64,000 nt of DNA from Mobula hypostoma (taxonomy: Eukaryota). A program made the translations under genes and the position numbers. The notes beneath the pieces are model-generated. The model did no database searches. It was not told where the DNA came from and saw nothing but the letters and a program-made list of their open reading frames with translations. The stretch is taken from NCBI RefSeq assembly GCF_963921235.1, contig NC_086108.1, positions 6,014,001-6,078,000 of the forward strand, in the 5' to 3' direction. Of this stretch, positions 28,701 through 39,974 are shown piece after piece. How positions within the stretch are numbered: position 1 is the first letter of the stretch; each line of letters starts with the position of its first letter.

Positions 28701-31700
28701 AATTATCTCAGAAGTTAAAGGGTTAATGTAAGAGGAGCATTTGATAACTCTAGCACTGTACTTGCTGGATGAACTCAGGAATTTTAGGGTTAATGTTTGA
28801 GGTGCATTTGATAACCCTGAGCCTGAACTTGTTGGAGTTTAGAAGAATGAGGCGGGGGGTGGTTCTCATTGAAACCAGGCCTAGAAGGGAAGTGGAGAAG
28901 ATTTATCTATTTATTTATTGAAATACAATGCAGAATAGACCCTTCCAGCCACATCACCCAGCAATCCCCCGATTTAACCCTAGCCTAATCACAGGGCAAT
29001 TTACAACGACCAATTAACCTACCAACTCAAGACCATCTTTGGACCGTGTGAGGAAACAGGAGCACCTGGGGAAAACGTACGCAGTCATGGGGAGAACGTA
29101 CAAACTTCTTACAGTTAGTGATGTGAGTTGAAGCCGGATCGCTGGTGCTATGAAGCATTGTGCTAACAACTGCACTACCATGCCGCCCATGGTAATGACG
29201 TTGCCTACATTGGGGGAGTCTAGGTCCAGAGGTCACAGCCTCAGAGTAGAAGGACATCCCTTAGAACAGAGATGATGAGCAATTTCTTTAGCCAGAGAGG
29301 GGCGAATCTGTGGAATTTGTTGCCACAGACAATTATATATTTAAAGGTACCAGTCCAGGGAAAATGGAGCAGATAAGATTTAACGTGTGGCTCAAATCAT
29401 GGTGTAGGCTAGAGGGGCATAGGTTTATGGAACATTTGGACACCTTTTCTGGCTGATGGAACCTGTAGCACTGGGACCGGTTGCATTTGGACTGAAGGGG
29501 CACTAGTGTGCTGGGCAGGTGTATGCTTCCGTTAGTTGAGATCTGTTTAAACTAGGGAATGAGGAGCAGGGTACCAGGAAGAGGCTGGGCTCAACTGTTT
29601 GAACATTATCATGACCAATTATAGGCTTCAAAAATATAAAAATGGGTTGGAGTAGGATAAAAAAACTTCAGTAATAGACTGGGGATGGTCTGTATAAATG
29701 CAAGAAGTATTAAGAATAAATAAGCTGGCATTATATGCTAGTGTGTACAAGTATGATATAACAGCAATAACTTAACCTGGCTGACCTCAAGGGATGGTGA
29801 TGAATATAGTATTAAAGAATATAATTTATTTAGTAAAGGTAGGCAAGATGGTAAAGGTGGTGGAGTAGCCGCATACATAGAAAGAATTTAAACATGAGGC
29901 TCCTTGTGATAGGAGATGAATCGAGACTTAGTGAAGATATCTGGGTGAGAATTGAAAGCTATAACGATAAAGGAATAACATTGGGTGTATGCTATACACC
30001 CTCTCATGCTGATAGTGATTTTAATAACTAGGGAGGAGAAGATGGCGACGCGATGCAGTTCGCAGCAGCCACTTCGGTGGTGATGTCTGTTATCTGTCAA
30101 GTAGGGTGCCGTGCACAATCCTGATTTGACGGCGACAGATGTGAGAGTACGGAGGAACATCTGGAAAAACTTCTGAAATGCTGCTTTGCTGCCGCTGCTG
30201 CTCTGTGATCCAGAATCTCCGGAGGGGAAGGCCCCGAATCCTCAGCTTTGCTTGTTGCTCGGCGGCCAGGGCAGGGTCGAAGCGCTCGGCAGAGGCTGGT
30301 GCTGGGTGCTTGGTGTCAGAGGGCTGGTCAGAGGCTCGAAGTTTTCGGACAGACTCAGAGTCGGCTGCGGTCGGGTGCTTCCAATGCATTGGCAAGTTTG
30401 CGGTGCTTGGAGGTTCATAGCAGGGAGAGTTTCTCCTTTCTACCATCTGCATGAGATGATGAGGCTATCGGGACTTGAGATTTTTTTTTACTGTGCCCAT
30501 GGTCTGCTCTTTATCAAATTACGGTATTGCTTTGCACCGTTGTAACTATATGTTATAGTTATGTGGTTTTGGCAGTTTTGGTCTTGGTTTGTCCTGTGTT
30601 TCTGTGATATCATTCTGGAGGAACATTGTATCATTTTTTAATGCATGCATTTCTAAATGACAATAAACAAGGACCGAGTGTCCTCATAATCTAATCTAAT
30701 CAGAATTTTAGAAAAGCAAGTTCTGAGGGTGGTATTATAGTTATGGGTGACTTTAATTTCCCAAGTATTGAGTGGGAGAACTCAGTGGCTCAAGAATTAG
30801 AGGAATGTGAATTCATTGAGTTATAATGATTGTTTTTGACCCAATATGTAACTGCACTAACAAGGAGCAAGGTCTGTCTAGATTTGATATTCTGTAACAA
30901 TCATGATAGAATTTTGAGCACAGAAGTCGTTGAGCTTTTAGGAACAAGCAATCATAATATTATTAGTGTTGAAGCTTTGTGTAAAAGTATATCGGTAAAA
31001 ACCAAAACTATTAAATTGAATTTCAGAAAGGCAAACTTGGAGCAGATGAGGCAAAGACTTCAGAAGGTAAACTGGAAGGAACTGCTTGACATTGAGTCAG
31101 TTGAGAAACAATGGGGTCGATATAAAGAGGTAATACACCCAGAGCAGGAAATGTTCCTACCCAAGACCAGGAGAAGCAATAAAAATAATAGATCAATTAC
31201 ACGGATAATTAAAAATATACATAAAATTATTGAAGAAAAGACAGCTTTATAAAGAACACAGAAAAATAGTAATGAAGTTAACCAAAGGGGATTTGAAGAT
31301 ATGAGAGCTATAGTCAAGAGGGCAATTCCGATAGCCAAAAGGCAGGTCGAGAAGGATATTGCTGGTAATGCTACAATTGATCCCGAGAGATTTTTTCAAT
31401 ACTTTAGTAAAAGAAAAGTCAGGAGGAAATTAAGTGTATTGAGAATACCAATAGCGTGATAAATTATGCAGAGAAGGTCATAGTGGATACTCTTTACACA
31501 TGATTTGCTAAAGTACTCACCCACAAAGATGTTAGCCACATGCTAGTAAGTGTAGAGAAAAATAAGGTTGTTTTAAGTGACTTAGAGATCTTAGAAAGTG
31601 AGCTCCTGCTTCAGCTGAAAAGTAATAAACCTCCAGGGCCAGCCAACATATATCCAATGGAACTTAAGGAGGTCTGTGATTATATATACAAATCCCTAAC

Positions 31701-33911
31701 ATGTATTTTTCAAAAGTTATCAAAGTTGCTGGTGAACGCAGCAGGCCAGGTAGCATCTCTAGGAAGAGGTACAGTCGACGTTTCGGGCCGAGACCCTTCG
31801 TCAGGAGGGGGAGGGATGTATATATAAATAAATAACAGATGGGGTACGAGGGGGAGGTGGGGCATTAATTCCACATCCTATTCCCATTCTGATATATCTA
31901 TCCACGGCCTCCTCTACTGTAAAGATGAAGCCACACTCAGGTTGGAGGAACAACACCTTATATTCCGTCTGGGTAGCCTCCAACCTGATGGCATGAACAT
32001 TGACTTCTCTAACTTCCGCTAATGCCCCACCTCCCCCTTGTACCCCATCCGTTATTTATTTATATACACACATTCTTTCTCTCTCTCCCCCTTTTCTCCT
32101 TCTGTCCCTCTAACTATACCCCTTGCCCATCCTCTGGGTTTTCCCCCCTCCCCCTTTTCCTTCTCCCTGGGCCTCCTGTCCCATGATCCTCTTATATCCC
32201 TTTTGCCAATCACCTTTCCAGCTCTTGGCTCCATTTCCTCCCCCCACTTCCTGTCTTCTCCTTCATTTTGGATCTCCCCCTCCCCCTCCCACTTTCAAAC
32301 CTCTTACTTGCTCTTCCTTCAGTTAGTCCTGACAAAGGGTCTCGGCCTGAAACGTCAACTGTACCTCTTCCTGGAGATCTGCCTGGCCTGCTGCGTTCAC
32401 CAGCAACTTTGATGTGTGTTGCTTGAATTTCCAGCATCTGCAGAATTCCTCGTGTTTACGTTTTTCAAAAGTCGGTGAAGACTGGTGAAAGCCCTAAGGA
32501 ATGGAAATGGGTTAATGTTGTCACAGTATACAAGAAGGGTGACCATACTGACCCTAGTAACTATAGACCTATAGTCCCTGGTAAACATTATGTGCATCAC
32601 AGGTAAGATAATGGAAACATTAATAAAGAATGAGGTGGAAAAGTAGCTGATAAGAACAGGCATGTTAGCAGACAACCAGCATGGGTTGAGAAAGGCGAAA
32701 TCATGTTTTACTAATATGCTGAAGTTCTATGAGGAAGCAATTAAAATTTTTGATAACAATAGAGTGGTTGATATAATTTATTTGGACTTTCAGAAGGCTT
32801 TTGACAAGGTACCCCATGAAAGGTTAATAATCAAATTACAAGAAGTAGGGATTCAGGGTAAGGTGTGTGAATGCGCACAGAATTGGCTGTAAAACAGAAA
32901 ACAATGAGTTAAGGTGAGAGGATCATTTTCACACCTAGAAGATGTTAATAGTGGGGTTCAGCAGGGAGCAGATTTGGGGGCCGCTGCTGATTTGTAACAT
33001 CTCTAAGTCACTTAAAACAACCTTATTTTTCTCTACACCGACAGATGAGCACAAAAGACCAAAGAGTTCATCTGTCTCTGTGTGTCTCAAAGCTTGTGAA
33101 ACTCCTATCAAAACCATGCTGATTTAGTGGCATGAGAATAAACAATTGAAGAGTTTGTCTATCTCTGTGTCTCTCTCTACACTTGTGGAACCTCTATTTA
33201 TTGGGAGACCTTTCCCTTGGTTCATACTCAATGACCTGACTGATGAAGGCCAGTGTGGAAGCCTCAGGACTCACACCACCAGGCTCATGATCAGTTATTA
33301 TCCCTCAACCATCAAGCTCTTGAACCAAGGAGGACAACTTCACTTGCCCCATCACTGAAATTCTTCCACAACCAATGGACTCTTCATTTCATGTTCACAA
33401 TATTTATTTCTTATTTGTTATATCATTTCTTTAGTTCAGAATTGGCACAGATTGCTGTCTTCTGCACTCTGGTTGATCACTCAAGTTGGTGTAGTCTTTC
33501 ATTGGTTCTGTTATGGTTATTATTCTATAGATTTTTTTTTATTGAGTATGCCAACAAGAAAATGAACTTGAAGGCTGTATATGGTGACATGTATGTACGT
33601 TGAAAATAAATTTACTTTGTCTTTGTCTTTGGGGCAGCACTTCATGTAGATACTAGACGCAACTATTACAAATACCGTCAGATGTTGGGAAAGAAACTCC
33701 ACCAAGTGGATCCTCGATTTCCTCACTTACAGACCTCAGTCACTAGGGGTTGGCAACGTCTTCTCCAGAATCAGTTTAACTTTGAACTTTTTTGACTACC
33801 TTGTCCATCTGTGATGCAGCTTTCAACGAACTATGCACTTGTGTTCCTAGACACGAGAAAATCTGCACACCTGGAAATCCAGAGCAACACACACATATAT
33901 ACACACGCGCC

Positions 33912-33947
<36 letters not shown>

Positions 33948-36900
33948 GCTGAGGGAACTCAGCAGGTGGCAGCATCGAAGGAAAGGAATAGTGGACATTT
34001 TGGACTGAGACCCTTTATCAGGATTCTTTGTACTCCTAGGGCACTTTTTGCTGGTGTCTAGTTTTGTTGTTCTGCTGAACATTGTGGGCATGTTATGCTA
34101 GTGTCAGAACATGTGACAACACTTGCAGGCTGTCCCCAGCTAATCCTTGGGTGTACTGGCTGTTAACATCAATTACGCATTTCACGGTATGTTTCAGCGT
34201 TCATGCGATGAATCTGAATCTCAGGTCCTTCTGTTCCACCACACTCCCTAGTGTCCTTCCATTCATTGCACAGCTCCTTGGAAATATATCAGTATTCCTT
34301 CATCAACACCTTCATTATGTGACATGTTATATGATATAAGCAATCTTGCTCCCTTCACCATAATTGTTCTTGACCAATTTTTCTGCAGAACTGGTTTCCA
34401 TTGCCTTCTCTGGGCAATGTCTTTACAAGATGGGTGACCCCAACCATGATCAATATTCTTTGGAGATTGTCTGCCTGGTGTCAGTGATTGCATAACCAGG
34501 ACTTGTGATATGCACCAGCTGCTCATACAACCATCCACCACCTGCTCCCATGGCTTCCATCCCTTACACCTCCTTTGGTAGAGAGGTATCTCAATCGCGA
34601 TACCCATGTTCATTGTCACGTTCTAAATCCTGGAACACTCTTCTCAGGCAGCATCGTGGAAGTAACATCAGCGTACAGGATACTCAGCGCTATCTTCTCA
34701 ATGGCTTGGGTTTCCATCAGGTGCTCTGGTTTTCTCCCACAGTCTGAAGACATATGGGGTAGGAGGTTAGCAGAACAGAGGGAGCTGAGAATTCATCTAA
34801 AATGGTGGCAAATGTAGAGAGGGTTGTAAAGAAAGTTTTTGGCATATTAGCCCTCATAAATCAAAGTACTGAGTGCAGGAGATGGGATGTCGTGTTGAAG
34901 TTGAATAAGATGTTGTTGAGGCCTAATTTGGAGTACTGTGTACAGTTTTGGTTACCTACCTACAGTAAAGATATAAATATGATTGAACAAGTCTAGAGAA
35001 AATTTACAAGGATGTTGCCAGAATTGGAGGACCTGAGTTATATAGAAAGATTCAACAGGTTGGGAATTATTCTTTGAAATGCAGAAGATTGAGAGGAGAT
35101 TTAATAGAGATATATAAGATTATGAAGGATATAGATAGAAAAAAAATGCAAGTGGGCTTTTCCCCTGAGATTGGGTGGGACTACAATTACATGTCATTGG
35201 TTAAGGGTGAAAGGTGAAAAGTTTTAAGAAAACACGAGAGGAAACTTCTTTATTCAGAGGAGAAAAGCGTGGAATGAGCTGTCAGTGCAAGTGGTGCTTG
35301 CGAGTTCAATTTCAACATTTAAGAGAACTTTGGATGGGTACATGTGTGGTAGAGTTACTGAGGGCTATGGTCTGGGTGCAAGTCCGTGTGACTAGCTTAA
35401 ATGTGCCGGTATAGACAAGAAGGGTCGAAGGGCCGAAGGGCCTGTTTTGTGCTGTACATTTCTACGACCCTATTAATTGGACATTGTAAATTGTCCCGTG
35501 ATTAGCCCAGTATCGGGGCTGTGCGGCTCCTTGAGCCTGAAGTCCCTGTTCCGCACTGTTATTTCTAAATAATAAATTAAAATTATAACAAGAACAACCA
35601 ACAAGTGACATCTCTTTCAGCAGCATTAATACCCTAAGTGTATAAATAACAAAAAATATTCAGATTTCAAGAGAACGGAAGCAGCAACAAAATAACTTGA
35701 GTTAAATTAAAAATTCTCTTACCATAGCCGTCAGAGATTTTTTCGAAGAAGGGCAAGAGATATCGGCCGCTGAAGTCATGCCCATGGCCAATAAGGGCCT
35801 CTCTTATAGCCTCGGTACCACACACCACCACCGCAGGGAAGCTGCTGAACCAGAAGGTGAACACAGGGCCATACTGTTCACTCAGCTGTGGTGATACAAT
35901 GAATGTATATTGTTTTTTAACATGTAATACTCCATATGATGTTCGTCAATCAATTTAGCTAGAGAGGAGATAAGACCCATACTATATTCCTTTAGGGGAA
36001 CAAGTGGCCTAGGCACAGTACTGTATCTGTCAACGTGGAGTGGAGAGAGAGTTTGTAATTCTGGCAGGAGCAAATGATGTAGGGAATGGCGAGGGCAGAG
36101 TGCCCTGGGATGGGTGGCAGAGGAGTGCCAGGGGCGAAGGGTGGTATGGGGTGCAGATGCATCCAGCCTTGAGACCCCAGGCAAGGTAATGTGATTCCAA
36201 ACAATTGGTTTATTGATAATTATAGAATGTTTCTCTGGTGCTTCCCACTCCATCCCCTCTTCCTTCCCCTTTTCCCAACCATGACTCCCCTCTCCCTGCC
36301 CCCTTTCCCACTCTCAGTCCAGAACTGAGATCCGTAACAGAACCAGGCTATCATCACTCACATATGTCATGAAATGTCTTCTCTTTTTGCAGCAGCAGTA
36401 CAGTGCAATACATAAAATCACTACAACACTGTGCAAAAGTCTTAGAGACCCTAGCCATACATATGTGTCTGAAACTTTTACACTGTATTGTACATTGAAA
36501 CATCAAAACAGCAAAATGTGTTGCTTGTGTCAACGTCCAACCCTCATTGGTGTGTGAATGTGTGGTGACACTCGTGGGATTTCTCCAACAAATCCACAGA
36601 CTGTGACGGTTGTTGACGTAAACGATGCATTTCACTTAATGTTTCGATGTACATGTGTTGAATAAGTTCATATGAAATCGGACCAACGCAGTACAAGGAT
36701 GTGCTGGGGGCCGATCGCAACTGTCACCATGCTTCTGGCGCCAACATAGCACGCCCACAACTTACTAACCCGTACGCCTTTGGAATGTGTGGGAGGGAAA
36801 TGGAACACCCGGAGGAAACTCACACGGTCTCGAAGAGAATGAACAAATGGCTGGAGGAAATCAGTAGGTCAGGTAGTATCTGTGAAGGAAGTGGATAGTC

Positions 36901-39842
36901 CACATGAAGGTTCTTGATTTGAAACATTCACTGTCCAGTTCCCTCCGCAGACACTCCGTGACCCACTGAGATCCTCTAGATACAAGCATCTGCAAGCTCT
37001 TGTATCTCAATGTGATGCAGAGCTACCCAATGAACTACTGGAACTATCAGAACTGATGACCAAAGTTCTGTGTCTCTCAGAGGAAACATTAACATCCTCA
37101 AAAATTGATATCTCAAGAAGGCAGCATCCGTCATTAAGGACCCTCACAATACTACACATACCCTCTTCTCATAACTATCATCATGGGCGCTAACCTTCCC
37201 ACCTTGGAGGACATCTTCAAAAATTAATACCTCAAGAAGGCGGTGTCTATCATTAAGGACCCTCACCATCTGGGACATGCCCCCTTCTCATTACTACCAT
37301 CAGGGATGAGGTATAAGAGCCTGAGGTTCCACCCTCAATGATTCAGGCATCCATCAGATTTCTGTACTGTCCAAGAACACCAGCCCACTATTCCTCTTTG
37401 CCACTATTTCCTTCTTTGTAACCTATAGTAATTTTTGGGTGGCGGTGTGCAGATGTGTCTCTACCAAAAGAGGTGTAAGGCACTCCTTCCTTCCGCTAGC
37501 CTGCAGGTCACCCTTGGGCAAGGTGTAGCACCTGCTTAGCCCCCATCCCTCCAGATCAGGGTCAAATGAAGCCATGTGAGCAAGTGGTAGATGGTCTTAT
37601 GAGCAGCTGGTGCATATCACAAGTCCCGGTTATGTGACCACTGACACCAGGCAGACAAACTCTGAAGAGTATTAATAATGGCTGGGGTAATCACAGTCTT
37701 GTAAAGGGACTGCCCAGAAGAAGCAATGGCAAACAACTTCTGCAGAAAAATTTGCCAACAACAATCATGGCCATGGAGAAGAACTGGCACATAACGAATG
37801 AGTGAGTGATTTTTATTTCTTGCACTGTACTGCTGCCACAACAAATTTCACAGCATATGTCAGTGATAATAAAACCTGGTACTGATGGTCAGTTCCAGAA
37901 TTTATAGCCTGAACATCTGAAAACAAGTCTTGATTACTTCCTGATAGGCACAGGCTAACAATAAGTGTAAAAATCATAGAGCAACATAGTGCAGATACAA
38001 GCCTTTCAGCCCATTTTGTGGACGTCCATCCATGGTGCCCACTCTGATGACCTCAATTTCCTGCATTTGGCACAAGTCCCACTCCTCCATGTATATACCC
38101 AACTGCTTCTCAAATTGTACCTGTTTCAACCACTTACTCCGGCAGCTTATTCCCTTCACTCATCACCCTCTGCTCCTTCAATTGAATGGTTAAAGCAATG
38201 GGCTAGAAATTCATTGGGGTTTCCAAAGTTCAAAGTACATTTATCAAAGTACGTAGATATTACACAACTTTGAGATTTGTCTCCTTACAGGCAGCCACAA
38301 AACAAGAAACCCCAAAGAACCCACTTCTAAAAAATCCAACACACACATGCAGAGAGGGGAAAAGAAAATCAAATTGTGCAAACAACAAAAGCAAGCAAAC
38401 AGCACTCAGAACTAAAGTAAGTCCATAGACACGAAGCCTGGACTTTGAACTTTGAAGTCTTCTGCACCTCAAAGACAGATTTATTACCACTGACATGTCG
38501 TGAAATGTGTTGTTTGATGGTTGTAATCTAGTACATTAAAATTACTATAAGTTACAGAAAGATATAAATGATATATTATAATAATATAGATTATATATAA
38601 ATGTTATATGTAATGTTGAATCTATAGGGTAGCATAGTGGTCAGAGCAATGATCTACAGTACAGGTGACCTGTGTTCAATTCCCACTGCTGCCTGTAAGG
38701 AGTTTCTTTCTCCCAGTGACCATGTGGGCTTCCTCCGGGTGCTCCGATTTCCTCCCACAGTCCAAAGACGTACCAGTTGGTAGGCTAATTGTCCCAGGAT
38801 TAGGCTAGCGTTCAGTTGGGGGATTGCTGGGTGGCATGGCTCAAAGGGCCGCAGTGGCCTATTCCACACTTCATTTTAATCAATCAATAAATAATATATA
38901 TAATATTAGATATATATTATACATATATGGTAGCGTGGGGTGGGTGGGCTTGGTCGACAGCCTGCCCAGGTTTTCCTAATGGCCAGCACTATTTACTGTT
39001 CTTGTTTCAAAATGCTTTCGTGGCATTACGGTAGGGGGTCGCACTGACTCTAACCGGGGTGTGAAATAATGACCTCCCCCGTCTGTATATGACTGAGGGG
39101 GGTCACAGCGCCCGGTAGGTGTTTTTTTGTGCTTGTCGCAATAAAAACGGCTGTTGAGTTAAAGGAGCTTTTCTCGTCTGTCATCATAGAACGAATGCTC
39201 GCCACAATATTACACTAAAATATCTAAATAAATAAATCAATAGTGCAGAAAGACAGCTAATAATGAGGAACTGTTCGGAAATCTGATGGCGGAAGGGGAA
39301 GAAAATTCCGAACACGTTTCGGGTGTCTTTTCGAAAATACTCGTAGTAGTTTTGAACGTGGTGATTTCAGAATCAGAATCAGGTGTATCATCGTGAAAAA
39401 TTAATGCCGTGAAATTTGTTGGTTTGCGGAAGCAGTGCAGTGCAAAATTACTGTTACAAAATACTAATAAATGGTGTCAAAAGAGGGATAATAGTGAGGT
39501 TCTGATCATTTGATACCGACCGTGATTTAAAGAAATTTCAACACCAGCCCTTACGCAACTTTAGTATGACTGCTTCCGCGATTTCGTCAAAGAAAGCGGC
39601 CTCAAGTGGGGGAAAATTTTTATCTGTGTGTAATTTAAATATACAGACATTGTCCCTACCTTGATGAGGGATTTGTGGGGTGCTTTCAAATCCAGTTGGA
39701 ATAGGTTGCCGATGATCGGGAGGGCAGGGGGACCCGGGGGAAGCCTGCCTTTCTGCCGCTGGTTGTTCTGAAAGAATCTCGCCAGAAGCAGGACGCTCAG
39801 TAAAACAACCAACAAAGTTGTCAACGGTTCATCAAAACTCAT
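4525..39842 (-). CDS. CYP2: Cytochrome P450 family 2 gene (9 coding exons, 495 aa, apparently intact; subfamily not assignable by eye)
   Basis: Exons of 183/163/150/161/177/142/188/142/182 nt join in frame through GT-AG introns (phases 0,1,1,0,0,1,0,1, typical of CYP2). Motifs: N-terminal TM helix, PPGP hinge, WKQLR, I-helix AGTETT, K-helix EVQR, PESF, heme loop [10 protein letters not shown]. Confidence 0.96.
4908..6670 (-). mobile_element. CR1 LINE, 5'-truncated and decayed
   Basis: ORF2 remnants ([22 protein letters not shown]) and 3' tail near 4910. Confidence 0.9.
6683..7213. repeat. Arm A of a 531-bp near-identical inverted duplication (partner 11751-12281)
   Basis: Reverse-complement alignment by eye gives about 6 mismatches; includes the junction between two Rex1-like tails. 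Confidence 0.95.
7314..7347 (-). ncRNA. Minimal type I hammerhead ribozyme-like motif in Penelope pLTR (helix III palindrome mutated)
   Basis: GTC-CTGATGA-A-GGG-tctcgg-CCC-GAAA-T-GTC-GAC. Confidence 0.6.
7686..7827 (-). CDS. CYP2: CYP2 coding exon 8 ([10 protein letters not shown]...[11 protein letters not shown]...FMAFSA)
   Basis: tttag acceptor, G|GTATA donor, 142 nt. Confidence 0.95.
9377..9564 (-). CDS. CYP2: CYP2 coding exon 7 (K helix, [11 protein letters not shown]...GYLIPK)
   Basis: cccag acceptor, AAG|GTCAG donor, 188 nt. Confidence 0.95.
9742..11021 (-). mobile_element. Probable solo LTR interrupted by a Rex1-like LINE
   Basis: TGTTAG...CTAACA termini, minus-strand AATAAA near 10705, flanks ACGT/ATAT (imperfect TSD). 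Confidence 0.5.
9771..10655 (+). mobile_element. Rex1/Babar-type LINE 3' fragment, young (open RT C-terminal ORF)
   Basis: [27 protein letters not shown] in the 252-aa ORF; AATAAA and (ATGACT)n tail. Confidence 0.9.
11285..13040. mobile_element. Two decayed Rex1/Babar-like LINE fragments tail-to-tail (+ 11285-12047, - 12048-13040)
   Basis: [19 protein letters not shown] remnants; (AGAATC)-type tail at the junction. Confidence 0.8.
11751..12281. repeat. Arm B of the 531-bp inverted duplication
   Basis: Reverse complement of 6683-7213. Confidence 0.95.
15280..15462. mobile_element. Mini Penelope insertion with inverted pLTR
   Basis: 35-bp perfect inverted arms (15277-15311 / 15367-15401), 13-bp TSD TCTTTTATGGTCA (15267-15279, 15463-15475), degenerate hammerhead core. 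Confidence 0.8.
15957..16098 (-). CDS. CYP2: CYP2 coding exon 6 (I helix, [13 protein letters not shown])
   Basis: tcag acceptor, G|GTAAG donor, 142 nt. Confidence 0.95.
16410..16645 (-). mobile_element. V-domain tRNA-derived SINE (HE1-like)
   Basis: tRNA-like head with B box GGTTCAA, V-core, CR1-like tail. Confidence 0.75.
16879..17665 (+). mobile_element. V-domain SINE interrupted by an RTE LINE fragment
   Basis: GGGCGGCACAGTA head, GTTTGTACGTTCTCCCCGTG...CAGTCCAAAGAC core, tail resumes near 17592. Confidence 0.75.
17095..17580 (+). mobile_element. RTE-clade LINE 3' fragment
   Basis: YGSE...LRKIL...[11 protein letters not shown]...[11 protein letters not shown]...DRQRWR C-terminal motifs, TAAG-type tail. 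Confidence 0.85.
17748..17924 (-). CDS. CYP2: CYP2 coding exon 5 ([17 protein letters not shown]...[14 protein letters not shown])
   Basis: ttgcag acceptor, GAG|GTAAT donor, 177 nt. Confidence 0.95.
20040..21005 (+). mobile_element. Rex1/Babar-like LINE remnant with internal deletion
   Basis: QDCFESVDW and [18 protein letters not shown] remnants, GATTCT tail. Confidence 0.75.
21471..22285 (+). mobile_element. Non-autonomous retroelement (CpG-rich 5' part plus LINE-like 3' tail)
   Basis: 3' end matches the LINE tail also seen at 1-120/870-910; no coding capacity. Confidence 0.55.
24040..27090 (+). mobile_element. Penelope-like element 3' part interrupted by a CR1
   Basis: GIY-YIG C-terminal remnant continues across the CR1 (..[14 protein letters not shown]), followed by pyrimidine tract and pLTR. 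Confidence 0.7.
24157..26626 (-). mobile_element. CR1 LINE, young, 5'-truncated (endonuclease C-terminus plus RT)
   Basis: 548-aa and 199-aa ORF2 pieces ([30 protein letters not shown]), (ATGTTTCT)n tail, flanking ATCTT repeats. Confidence 0.95.
27261..27421 (-). CDS. CYP2: CYP2 coding exon 4 ([31 protein letters not shown]...PWIQ)
   Basis: accag acceptor, CAG|GTATG donor, 161 nt. Confidence 0.95.
27735..28240 (+). mobile_element. CR1 LINE 3' fragment abutting CYP2 exon 3 donor
   Basis: [16 protein letters not shown] remnant. Confidence 0.8.
28260..28409 (-). CDS. CYP2: CYP2 coding exon 3 ([38 protein letters not shown]...)
   Basis: ttgcag acceptor, G|GTTTG donor, 150 nt, WxxxR motif. Confidence 0.95.
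30030..30702 (+). mobile_element. Non-autonomous retroelement with YY1-like 5' motif and (AATCT)n tail
   Basis: AAGATGGCG start, CpG-rich body, AATAAA plus repeat tail; splits the CR1 endonuclease region. Confidence 0.65.
31718..32460 (+). mobile_element. Penelope-like element, 5'-truncated with inverted pLTR
   Basis: GIY-YIG C-terminus [32 protein letters not shown], ~90-bp inverted ends, 12-bp TSD TTTTTCAAAAGT (31706-31717, 32461-32472). Confidence 0.88.
31774..31806 (-). ncRNA. Minimal hammerhead ribozyme core (intact CUGACGA...GAAACGUC) in Penelope pLTR
   Basis: TC-CTGACGA-A-GGG-tctcgg-CCC-GAAA-CGTC-GAC, palindromic ACGT in place of helix III, helix I shortened. Confidence 0.65.
33914..33945. 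repeat. (CA)n microsatellite
   Basis: Direct reading. Confidence 0.95.
34750..35470 (+). mobile_element. CR1 LINE 3' fragment
   Basis: [13 protein letters not shown] remnant and 3' UTR. Confidence 0.8.
35723..35885 (-). CDS. CYP2: CYP2 coding exon 2 ([12 protein letters not shown]...KISDGYG)
   Basis: cacag|CTG acceptor, G|GTAAG donor, 163 nt. Confidence 0.95.
37438..37790 (+). mobile_element. RTE-dependent SINE-like element with Bov-A-like 3' motif (second copy, minus strand, ~34360-34565)
   Basis: AGAAGCAATGGCAAAC...CTTCTGCAGAAAAATTTGCC near the 3' end; two related copies in the window. Confidence 0.55.
38628..38892 (+). mobile_element. V-domain SINE
   Basis: tRNA-like head, V-core, AATAAA tail; similar copies near 28915(-), 45375, 46786, 60295, 62035. 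Confidence 0.75.
38926..39206 (+). mobile_element. Possible solo LTR in CYP2 intron 1
   Basis: Degenerate inverted termini (TATGGTAGC / GCTCGCCACA), TATA-like motif, AATAAA near 39140, CpG-rich; no clean TSD. Confidence 0.4.
39660..39842 (-). CDS. CYP2: CYP2 coding exon 1 (MSFDEP...[27 protein letters not shown])
   Basis: ATG at 39842, signal anchor plus PPGP, donor AAG|GTAGG. Confidence 0.93.
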
Positions 39843-39974
39843 GATGACAGAGTACGCAGATTCTGGAAAAAAAAGCAAGAGAGGCTGTATCTCAAAATTC
39901 ACAGTTGTACCACTTTCACCAGATTCAAACAGTAAACTACCCTTAAATTAAGGGCAATTAAAGTCCCGATTGAA

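Larger units (their letters stand above)
29345..32990 (+). mobile_element. Old AT-rich CR1 LINE (ORF1 esterase end plus ORF2), interrupted by two insertions
   Basis: DRLHL (SGNH block V-like), [24 protein letters not shown] remnants with stops. Confidence 0.85.

Noticed and set aside
28697..28840. Short tandem duplications (also 37090-37265 and 42296-42355)
   Set aside because: Local slippage within decayed LINE fragments; no sign of function.
39843..39902. N-terminal extension of CYP2 given by the ORF track (MNFEIQ...)
   Set aside because: Uses a non-ATG start and runs through a polypyrimidine tract; ATG 39842 gives a normal signal anchor.
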